Part shown: in pieces, positions 50,141-60,000 of the stretch | Position numbering within the stretch: the stretch's first letter is position 1 | Layout of the letters: every line of letters starts with the position of its first letter | Notes under the pieces: generated by a model | Seen by the model: only the letters and a program-made list of their open reading frames with translations | What the model was told of the DNA's origin: nothing | Databases searched by the model: none | Program-made: the position numbers and the translations under genes | Assembly (NCBI RefSeq): GCF_963921235.1 | Contig: NC_086118.1 | Coordinates: forward strand, 15,998,001-16,058,000 | From: Mobula hypostoma | Lineage: Eukaryota | Length of the DNA stretch: 60,000 bases | Reading direction: 5' to 3'

Positions 50141-51020
50141 TGTGACGAAAGACCAAGTTATCAGAAGATTGATGCTAATGAGAGAGGTAAGTGAGACAAT
50201 GGAGCAGCATTCAGACATGTTAATGAGAGACGAGAGAGATTAACGAAAAGAGACACAGTTCCGAGTATTGACAGACCGGTTGCTTTGAACCTGAACTGTT
50301 TGAAGTTTGATGGACAGGCGATACCCCAGCAGGGGGATAAAAGGAACAGGTTCGCTAAGGCAAGACAGACACCACGAGATCACGAGACCCTGGAAGTGCG
50401 GTGTGCCCCCACAAGTTGGTGGAAGTTTTGGAGGTCTGGTCGCGGGATCGACCATAGACGCACAGGGTGAAAAGGTACGATCGGCGGGAACCTGGTGTGT
50501 GTGTCTGCCCTTGCTTGGGTGCCCGGTTCACCGCGGAACCTGGTGTGTGTGTCCGCCCTTGCCTGGGTGCCGGTTCACCGCGGAAGAACGATCGTATCCG
50601 GAACAGAGGGGTCACAGTCAATGACCTCAGAAGACAATAAAAAGGGCTCGCCCAAAAGCTAACTGCAGAGGAACATCAAGGTCTGTCTGAATTCGATTTG
50701 CATATTATCATTCGCTCTCTCTCTCTCTCCAACGGCACAACAGCGATTACTGCGAACTGTATTCAGCTGAACTGAACTCTGCGTCACTAGAGACTGATCA
50801 TTTTACCCCTAGACTGCGATAGAGCTTGATTGATTCCTATTATCCTAGTTCTGTGTACATGTGTGTTTTATCATTGCTAACCTGTTGCATTTATATCCTT
50901 ACGATTAGAGTACTGTGTTACTTATTTCTTTAATAAGACTTTCTTAGTTCCGGTAATCCAGACTCCAACTAAGTGGTCCATTTCTGCTGGTTTGGCAACC
51001 CAGTTACGGGGTACGTAACA
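50141..51020 (+). repeat. 3' LTR (880 bp)
   Basis: Preceded by polypurine tract gaaggatagggg (50129-50140); carries an internal ~46-bp tandem duplication absent from the 5' LTR. Confidence 0.95.
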
Positions 51021-51359
51021 GTCTGAAGAATCATCATTTGGAGGTAGGAATAGGATGTACTGTTAAAACAATCTACAAGGGCAAAACATATCAACCATTC
51101 CCCTGGTGGTTAAATGCACTATTTATTGAGGAACTGTAAACCATGAAGACCTAAAGTAAATCCTGTAGCATGAATTGATCTCTAACACACGTAACTGTGT
51201 TTTAAAACATGCATATTGCTCCCTTATTGGCCTGCACCTTCCCAGGGTATGTGTCACATTTAAGGTAGAGGTCTTCAAACATATTCTACAGGGAATTCAA
51301 ACACTGCCTGATGAATCACATTCCAAAGTGATCCCAGCCTCCTAAAAACACTTAATGCT

Positions 51360-51640
51360 ATAGATTAGAACAGTAAAGACCCTTCATCCCACAACGTTGT
51401 GCCGACCCTTTAACCTACTCCCAAGATCTAACCACTCCCGCTCATATAGCCTTCCATTTCTCTTTCATTCATGTGCCCAAGAGCTTCTTAAATGTCCCTA
51501 ATGTATCTACACCTCCCATCCTCCTTCTCTCCAAAGAAAAAAGCCCAGCTCACCCAACCTAACATCACAGGACATGCTATCTAATTCAGGCAGCATCCTG
51601 GTAAATCCTCTGCACCCTCTCTGAAGCTTCCACATCCTGC
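51360..51640 (-). mobile_element. Old CR1 3' fragment
   Basis: cacaacgttgtgccgacc 3'UTR motif and ggcagcatcctggtaaatcctctgcaccctct (reverse of RVQR.FTRMLP). Confidence 0.7.
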
Positions 51641-51794
51641 ATATGTTAATTCTAAATTGATCTGTTGTAGTTACAAAACCCTAACCATCTGGGATCGAAG
51701 GGAATAGTGCTCGGCTCCAATTGAAGAATACAAAACAAATCTATACTTATTGCATGCAGTTCTTGGTACAAAATAACTGAGTACTGTATGTGGA

Positions 51795-54192
51795 AGGGGT
51801 GAGGTGGGCAAGAGGTGTTGTCAAAAGTTTCTTGACACAATATGTAGATAAGCCTACATATTTTGGAGAGGCTGTACTTGATCTGTTGTTGGGAAATGAA
51901 CCTGGTCAGATGTCAGATCTCTCAGCAGGAGAGCATTTTGGAGATAGTGATCTCCTTTACCATAGCTTTGGAGAGGGATAGGATAAGACAAGTTAGGAAA
52001 GCGTTTAATTGGAGTAAGGGGAAATACGAGGCAGGAACTTGAAGGCGTAAATTGGAAACAGATGTTCTCAGGGAAACGTACGGAAGAAATATGGCAAATG
52101 TTCAGGGGTCAGTGCGTGGAGTTCTGCATAGGTATGTTCCAATGAGACAGGGAAAGGATGGTAGGGTACAGGAACCGTGGTGTACAAAGGCTGTTGTAAA
52201 TCTAGTCAAGAAGAAAAGAAGAGCTTATGAAAGGTTCAAAAAACTATGTAATGATAGAGATCTAGAAGATTATAAGGCTACCAGGAAGGAGCTTAAGAAT
52301 GAAATTAGGAGAGCCAGGTGGGGCCATGAGAAGACCTTAGCAGACAGGATAACCCCAAGGCATTCTACAAGTACGTGAAGAGCAAGAGGATAAGACATGA
52401 GAGAATAGGACCAATCAAGTGTGATAGTGGAAAAGTGCGTATGGAACCAGAGGAGATAGCAGAGGTACTTAATGAATACTTTGCTTCAGTATTCACTATG
52501 GAAAGGGATCTTGGAAATTGTAGGGAAGACTTACAGCGGACTGAAAAGCTTGAGCCTGTAGATATTAAGGAAGAGGATGTACTGGAGCTTTTGGAAAGCA
52601 TCAAGCCGGATTAGTCACCGGGACGGAACGAGATGTACCCCAGGGTACTGTGGGAGGTGAGGGAGGGGATTGCTGAGCCTCTGGCAATGATCTTTGCATC
52701 AGCAATGGGGACGGGAGAGGATCCAGAGGATTGGAGGGTTGAGGATATTGTTCCCTTATTCACAAAAGGGAGTAGAGATAGCCCAGGAAATTATAGACCA
52801 GTGAGTCGTACTTCAGTGGTTGGTAAGTTGATGGAGAAGATTCTGAGAGGCAGGATTTATGAACATTTGGAGAGGAATAATATGATTAGGAATAGTCAGC
52901 ATGGCTTTGTCAAAGGCAGGTTCTGCCTTACGAGCCTGATTGAATTTCTTGAGGATGTGACTAAACACATTGATGAAGGTAGAGCAGTAGATGTAGTGTA
53001 TATGGATTTCAGCAAGGCATTTGACAAGTTACCCCATGCAAGGCTTATTGAGAAAGTAAGGAGGCATGGGATCCAAGGGGACATTGCTTTGTGGATCCAG
53101 AACTGGCTTGTCCACAGAAGGCAAAGAGTGGTTGTAACGGATCTTATTCTGCATGGAGGTCAGTGACCAGTGGTGTGCCTCAGGGATCTGTTCTTGGGCC
53201 CCTACTCTTTGTGATTTTTTTTTTTAAAGACCTGGATGAGGAAGTGGAGGGATGGGTTAGTAAATTTGCTGATGACACAAAAGTTGAGAGTGTTGTGGAT
53301 AGTGTGGAGGGCTGTCAGAGGTTACAGTAGGATATTGATAGGATGCAAAACCGGACTAAGAAGTGGCAGATGGAGTTCAACCCAGATAATTGTGAGGTGG
53401 TCCATTTTGGTAGGTCAAATATGATAGCAGAATATAGTATTAATGGTAAGACTCTTGACAGTGTGGAGGATCAGAGGGATCTTGAGGTCCGAATCCATAG
53501 GACTCTTACAGCAGCTGCACAGGTTGACTCTGTGGTTAAGAAGGCATACGGTGCATTGGCCTTCATCAATCATGGGATTGAGTTTAGGAGCCGAGAGGTA
53601 ATGTTGCAGCTATATAGGACCCTGGTGAGACCCGACTTGGAGTACTGTGCTCAGTTCTGGCACCTCACTACAGGAATGATGTGGAAACCATAGAGAGGAT
53701 GCAGAGGAGATTTACAAGGATGTTGGCTGGATTGGGGAGCGTGCCTTATAAGAATAGGTTGTGTGAACTTGGCCTTTTCTTCTTGGAGTGACAGAGGATG
53801 AGAGGTGACCTGACAGAGGTGTACAAGATGGTTATAGGGATTGATTGTGTGGATAGTCAGAGGCTTTTTCCCAGGGCTGAAATGGCTAGCACAAGAGGCC
53901 ACAGTTTTAAGATGCTTGGAAGTAGGTACTGAGGAGATGACAGGGGTAAGTTTGTTTGTTTGTTGTTGTTTTTTTAACGCAGAGAGTGGTGAGTGCATGG
54001 AATGGGCTGCCAGCGACGGTGGTGGCGGTGGATACGACAGGGTCTTTTAAGAGACTCCTGGACAGGTACATGGAGCTCAGAAAAATAGAGGGCTATGGGT
54101 AACCTGAGGTAATTTCTCAGGTAAGGACATGTTCGGCTCAGCTTTGTGGGCCGAAGGGCCTGTATTATGCTGTAGGTTTTCTATGTTTCTAT
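51795..54192 (+). mobile_element. CR1 LINE, 5'-truncated, degenerate; same family as 40725-44814
   Basis: [31 protein letters not shown]; 3'UTR nearly identical to 44690-44814, with ttttctatgtttcta tail. Confidence 0.92.
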
Positions 54193-55710
54193 AAGTCTCC
54201 AAAACAACGATAACTGGCACTGTGTTATCATCACATCAGGATCACTGTGTCCACAGATTAAGATTCTGAGATCATCAGTGATCCAAAATTCAACTAGATA
54301 AACTGCATAAATACTTTATCTCAACAAGCTAGCACTTAGACAGGAGACACAGAATACAGGCATACCAGTACGGTTAGTTTAAATTGAGTTATGGTCAGCC
54401 CAGACATGATGGGCTGAAGGGCCTGTTCTTGCAGCAAGCAATTCACTTCCTAAAACCACAAGGCAAGACAGTCCTGAAATACTCTCCGCCTGTCTGGATG
54501 AGCACTGCCAAGAACAGCAGCCAAGGTGCTCAACACCATCCAGGACAAAGCAGGATCATTTGATCATTCAGTACTTTTACAATTTATTTCTCCACTTTCT
54601 GTAGCATAAAAATTCACAAAATGCACTGCAGTTACCCAGCCAGGGTCTCCCAGTACCACACCCTAAACTCAAGACCTCTAACATCAAGGACACTGACAGC
54701 AGAGAACACCATCATCTCCAGGTTCCCCTCCAACTCGCACGCAGTCCTGACTTGGAAGTATATCACTGCTCCTTCATCATGACTGGGTCAAAATCCTGAA
54801 GCTAATCGATCAATACTATAGGACTGGAGAAGTTTAAGCAGGTTGCTTACTACCCTCCAAAGGGCAAGTAAAAATAGGAAATAAATGGAAGTATTCCCAA
54901 CAAGGCCCAGATCCCGCTGAGTAAAATAATGGACAGTTTATATTGAGTAAATAAATGTTTATTATCACCACAATGAAGAAAATAATTTAAAATTATTTGG
55001 ACAGCAGTATGAATTACGTTATCTCAAAAATTACCGTAAAAGCTCTTGTTGGATGCGTTGTAGGAAAGTAGACACACAAGAATAACAGAGCAAGGAAACT
55101 GCCTTGTGACCTCACCCATATCCAGGATACCCATTACCCAGAGGCCTCTCCCTTTCCTGTTGCCATGCTTCAATTTTGTATTTTAACAACCATTCATTGG
55201 GGACACAGGAAAATTTTAATAAAAATGGACTCCAGCTGACAAACAACAAAAAAACAATACTTTTCTATTAAGTAATCAAAAGCAGTTTGCTTTTCAAATA
55301 GTTTGCAAAAGCAGTGGGGGAAAAATAGTGAGAGGTTGCTGAAACTGCAGGCAAACAAGCCTCCTTGCTTCAGGCCTATCAGGTTGTAGTACAAAAGTGA
55401 TCCAGCCAGCAGGGAGAGTCCATGCAAACCAGAAACACATCTCATTCTGTGAGATGAGCTCTTGTCATGTCTGGTCCTTCACCACTTTTGTTGAGCCAGC
55501 TGCAGGCACTTTGAGGATTATCACGACAGACTCGACTTCTTGAAAGGAGTGGCTTGTGATGACATCCAGCAGAAGCACACAAGGATTAGGAAGAACACTG
55601 TAGAGACCAGCGACTGGAGGCAAGACTTGCCTTTCTCCAATCATATCCTGTTGCTATTGGTGTCTATTTCCTAGCAAGTGACAGGAACTGGGCCCTTGGA
55701 GCATGTAATG

Positions 55711-56351
55711 GTATGCTGGCATTTATAGCGAGAGGATTCGAGTACAGGAGCAGGGAGGTACTACTGCAGTTGTACAAGGCCTTGGTGAGACCACACCTGG
55801 AGTATTGTGTGCAGTTTTGGTCCCCTAATCTGAGGAAAGACATCTTTGCCATAGAGGGAGTACAAAGAAGGTTCACCAGATTGATTCCTGGGATGACAGC
55901 ACTTCCATATGAAGAAAGACTGGATGAATTGGGCTTGTACTCGTTGGAATTTAGAAGATTGAGGGGGGATCTGATTGAAACGTATAAGATCCTAAAGGGA
56001 TTGGACAGGCTAGATGCAGGAAGATTGTTCCCGATGTTGGGGAAGTCCAGAACGAGGGGTCACAGTTTGAGGATAGAGGGGAAGCCTTTTAAGACCGAGA
56101 TTAGGAAAAACTTCTTCACACAGAGAGTGGTGAATCTGTGGAATTCTCTGCCACAGGAAACTGTTGAGGCCAGTTCATTGGCTATAGTTAAGAGGAGTTA
56201 GATATGGCCCTTGTGGCTACGGGGGTCAGGGGGTATGGAGGGAAGGCTGGGGCGGGGTTCTGAGTTGGATGATCAGCCATGATCATAATAAATGGCGGTG
56301 CAGGCTCAAAGGGCCGAATGGCCTACTCCTGCACCTATTTTCTATGTTTCT
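55711..56351 (+). mobile_element. Young CR1 3' fragment (third copy of the 31240-34100 family)
   Basis: ORF 55713-56201 nearly identical to the ORF2 C-terminus; ttctatgtttctatg tail; 8-bp flanking repeat atgtaatg (55703-55710, 56352-56359). Confidence 0.93.
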
Positions 56352-56431
56352 ATGTAATGTACAAGCTAGTGATTTCCCTACTTTTTGTAAAACAAAACAA
56401 CCAATTGCCAATACAAAAAAAATTTACTTAC

Positions 56432-56547
56432 AATGTAATCATTGTCATCATCTTTGGGCCCTTGGCTATAGTAGACTCTGTAGGCCTTCGACACCTGGCT
56501 TATTTGCTCTTGGGAGCCTGTCAGACCAATTAACTTTGGAGAAAACT
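56432..56547 (-). CDS. SCO1: SCO1 internal coding exon (equivalent to human exon 5), 116 bp
   Basis: (E)[38 protein letters not shown]; acceptor ttctccAG, donor GTaagt at 56431; SCO1-typical GLTG and YRVYYSxGPKD motifs. Confidence 0.95.
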
Positions 56548-57663
56548 CTGGAGAATAATCAAACACTTATTTTAATCACTTACAACATTCACTCTTTTAA
56601 AAACAAAAGCTAGTATGTTGAAACAAAGAACTTGCACATAGACAACGCTTTTCATATCCACAGGATGATTAAAGTGTTTTACTTTTACAAATTCACACAT
56701 GTTAAGAAACTAATCAAGAATGGAGTAGTTTCTCATCTCAAATTTTGAGCAGAAAATGTTAGAAATGTGAAACTGGAAAACCAGCATTTGTATTTAAGAG
56801 TACTAATAATTTGCACCTGGAAGATATTCAGAGAAGAGATACTCTTTTATTCATCAATAATTTCCTCTTATAATAAGCAAATGTGACTGTTTGTTTTTCA
56901 CATCCTTGGTATTCAGTTGAAAGAAAACACAGAAACTTTAAAAGTAGCAAGCTCAGAGTATGGTTACTATTGGAACACAATAGTGGTTTTTACCGCTTCA
57001 CATGACATCTTCCTGCACAGTAACACAACATTTCCATGAAACCTCAACAGAAGAGAAAGCTATCACATGGGTCACTAATGCAACAATCCCTCTTCCCTTC
57101 ACTCTTAAACACTGGACAGAATAATTAAAGTTTATCACTTAGAAGTTCTTTAAAATACCAATTAACTTTAAGCAACACAGAATATGTTTGATAGAGTGAG
57201 AACAAATGAATTAATATGGACGTTAGAAGCAAAGAAAGATACATAACTTCTTTAACTTATATGGTCTCACCCTATCAGGGGTATTCTTATTCTTCCATTC
57301 AATTCAACCACAACCTTCCCAACTACTGAAAGCTAACTTGATTCTTCTCTCTTCCAAAGGGTCTTGGTCTTGAAACACTTAACTGGTTGTCTTGCCAGAT
57401 AGTGCCTGATCTGTTGAGTATTTCTACCATTTTGGAGAGATTCTGTAGTTTTAAATTTTTCACCGAACTGCATGCCTGTTTTATTTCTTCAGACCACAAC
57501 TGATTTTCAAAAGAAATGATACAAAGAAAAATTTTGCAAGTGCCAAGGATCAAAAAATGGAACAGCTGTAAAGAGAGTTGATACCAAAAACAATAATGAC
57601 TAGCTTGTCTGTTATCTAATCCCAGGATTTTAATTTCTTCAAAAAAATATCTAACCAACTTAC

Positions 57664-57756
57664 CTTGGACATATCTTGCCATGGCCTCGACATTATCTCG
57701 CTCTGGATCAATTGTGATCAAAAGAGGGGTCAGATTTGGTAAAGATGGGATCCTGT
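57664..57756 (-). CDS. SCO1: SCO1 internal coding exon (equivalent to human exon 4), 93 bp
   Basis: Translates as (D)[30 protein letters not shown](E), containing the SCO-family IDPERD motif; acceptor ttttacAG at 57758-57757, donor GTaagt at 57663; phase joins the next exon correctly. Confidence 0.95.
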
Positions 57757-58114
57757 CTGTAAAATAAAACACAGAAGAGGTAAAATTGCTGCAAACTGAC
57801 ATGCCTATAACTGGAATAAGAAAGGGATGAGAGGCAATACTGGGAAGCTAGGTTTGGAAAAGTGCTTGTGCTTTGGAGGCTTTGGCCTGACAGGATCATC
57901 ACATATTTATCAATGAACTTCTAGCCCTGTAAGCTATAAACGGGAATAGGTATCAGAATCAGGCTTGTGGGGAGGAGTGGAAACTGCAGAACACCTTGAC
58001 ACCACTGGATGGGAGAGGGATCTGATAGAGCAGAAATTTGAGTGATGTTGCAGAGAGTGATGGTTTCTCATGGTCTAAAAGGAGTGCTATTAGTTGCTCT
58101 AAAAGATCTTAATA

Positions 58115-59470
58115 CGTAGGAACAAAATTAGGGTATTTGGTCCATCGAGTTTGTTCCAGCATTCAATCATGGCTGATTTATTTTCCCCTTTCAACCCCAT
58201 TCTCCTGCCTTCTCCCTATAACCTTTAAAGTCCTTACTACTCAAGAGCGCATCAACCTCTGCTTTCAATATGCCCTATGACTTGTCCTCTATAGCCAGTT
58301 GTGGCAATAATTCCACACTAGCCTCTGGCTAAAGCAATTTCTCCTCATCTCTGTTCTAAAGGGATATCCTTCTATTCTGATGCCCTCTAGTCCTAGCCTC
58401 TCCCACGACTGGAAAGATCCTTTCCATGCCCTCTCTATCCAGGCCTTTCAATATTCAGTAAATGAGATACCCCCATCCCCATTTTTGGCAACTCCAGTGA
58501 GTACAGGCCCAGACCCATCATTCATTCCCATTATCATTCTAGTAAACCTCCTCTGGACCTTCTCCAATGCCATCTCTTCCTTTCTTAGATATGGGCTCTA
58601 AAATTGCTCACAATTCTCCAAATGTAGTCTGACCCTCTATAAAGCTTCAGCCCATATAAAGCCGTATAAAACACCAGCCCCTGCAGAACAGTCATCAGCA
58701 GCCAACCAGAAAAGGCCTCCTTTATTCCCACTCTTTGCCTTCTGCCGTTCAGCCAATATTCTGTCCATGCCATTATCTTTCCTGAAATTCCATGGGCTCT
58801 CATTCATTTAGCAGAATTGTGAGCAGCACCTTGTCAAAGGCCTTCTAAAAATCCACCTAACAACACCTACTGACTCTCCTTTGTCTATCCTGCCTGTTAT
58901 TTCCTCAAAGATTTCTAACCAATTTGTCAGGCAAGATTTCCCCTTAAGGAATCATGGTGACTTCAACATACACATCCAACTACCCCAAAACCTCATCCTT
59001 AATAATGAACTGCAACATCTTCCCAACCAGGCTAACTGGCCTATCTTCTGGTTCTCTCCCTTCTTAAAGGGGACAGTGACATCTAAGATCACCCAGTCCT
59101 CCAGAATTACTGTTGAATTTATTAATTCTTGAAAGATCACTATTAATGCCTCCACAATCTCTTCAGCAACCTCTTTCAGAATGCTAGGGTGTAGTCCATC
59201 TGGTTGGTGACTTATTTACCTTCAAACCTTTCAGCTTCTCAAGCAAATTCCTCCCCCCCCCCCACCCTTAGTAATAGTGACTACATTGACTTCTGTCCCC
59301 TGACGCTCTCAAATTTCTGGCATGCTGCTGGCATTTTCCCCACAGTGAAGACTGACACAAAATACTTATTAAGTTCATCCACCATTCCTTTGTTTCCTCT
59401 CCAGTGTCAATTCCCAGAGGTATGAAGTCCACTCTTAACTCTCTTTTACTCTTTATATAGCTGGGCAAAA
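58115..59470 (-). mobile_element. Older degenerate CR1 LINE fragment in a SCO1 intron
   Basis: AHGISGKIMAW..WLNGRRQRVGI, IVIFQE..EDW..VTVPFKKG motifs; CR1 3'UTR at ~58120. Confidence 0.8.
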
Positions 59471-60000
59471 AAAGCATCCCTTCCCCACCCCACAACTTTC
59501 CTCGGTTGCTGTATTTTTCCAGGCAACAGCAATAATGTGGTTTAAGCAGACACTTCTCACTCCACTACCCAATTAAATTGGGAAGTTGGCTCCTAAAAGT
59601 TTACCTACACACACGGCCTCTCTCAACCCCAGTAAAGTTCATCAGTGCCTCTTCAGTCAGTTCTTTGATCAGGAACATTAACATTTTGCTTTCCACAAAT
59701 GCTAAGTGTTTCCCTGCTGAGTGTGCCCAGCTTTCTTTTAAAAATATACTTGATTCACTTATTATATCTCTGCTACAACAAAAGGTTTTATTTAATCTGA
59801 TGCTTCATTTAATGAAAATTTCTTTAGGAACATAATCCCTTGTAAACCAGATAAGTCCTGTAGCTTGAATAAATTCATGGCAGCTATTTATAGATCCGCA
59901 GTGCAACAATGTAAATCAACTGTAACATTTTGAAGTTGGTTATTTACCATATCCTAGTTTTTAATTACACACTGGCAGCCAATGAGTCAGATGTGGTGGC

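Larger units (their letters stand above)
46122..51020 (+). mobile_element. Gmr1-like Ty3/Gypsy LTR retrotransposon, internally deleted, inside the last SCO1 intron
   Basis: TG...CA LTRs 46122-46955 and 50141-51020; 4-bp TSD gtct (46118-46121, 51021-51024); PBS, PPT and gag-PR-IN-RT-RH remnants. Confidence 0.93.

Noticed and set aside
57323..57802. 159-aa ORF as a complete protein
   Set aside because: Only the 93-bp SCO1 exon is coding; the remainder is intronic read-through.
1..60000. CRISPR arrays, rRNA or prokaryotic operon-like systems
   Set aside because: No regularly spaced repeat-spacer arrays or rRNA sequence seen; the window is vertebrate-type intron and TE DNA.

Overview
This is eukaryotic genomic DNA, almost certainly from a cartilaginous fish (inferred from HE1/V-type SINEs and the CR1, Rex1, Tx1 and Penelope families). 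It is dominated by transposable elements. The only clearly functional gene is the 3' half of SCO1 on the minus strand: three coding exons at 57664-57756, 56432-56547 and 45862-45993 with canonical splice sites. Immediately downstream on the same strand, and largely invisible in the ORF track, is a heavily decayed sarcomeric myosin heavy chain pseudogene. Its colinear exon remnants run from ~45220 (motor domain) to ~23850 (tail), in the position MYH3 occupies next to SCO1 in mammals. TE content: a young CR1 with a 916-aa ORF2 plus two near-identical truncated copies; a full-length decayed CR1 with an esterase ORF1; a Tx1 LINE; an L1-like LINE with TSD; Rex1 fragments; Tc1 and Tigger relics; SINEs; an internally deleted Gmr1-like Gypsy element (SCAN-like gag, integrase before RT) in the last SCO1 intron; and many Penelope-like termini carrying minimal type I hammerhead ribozyme motifs. 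All homology calls are by-eye comparisons with remembered family motifs; no searches were run.
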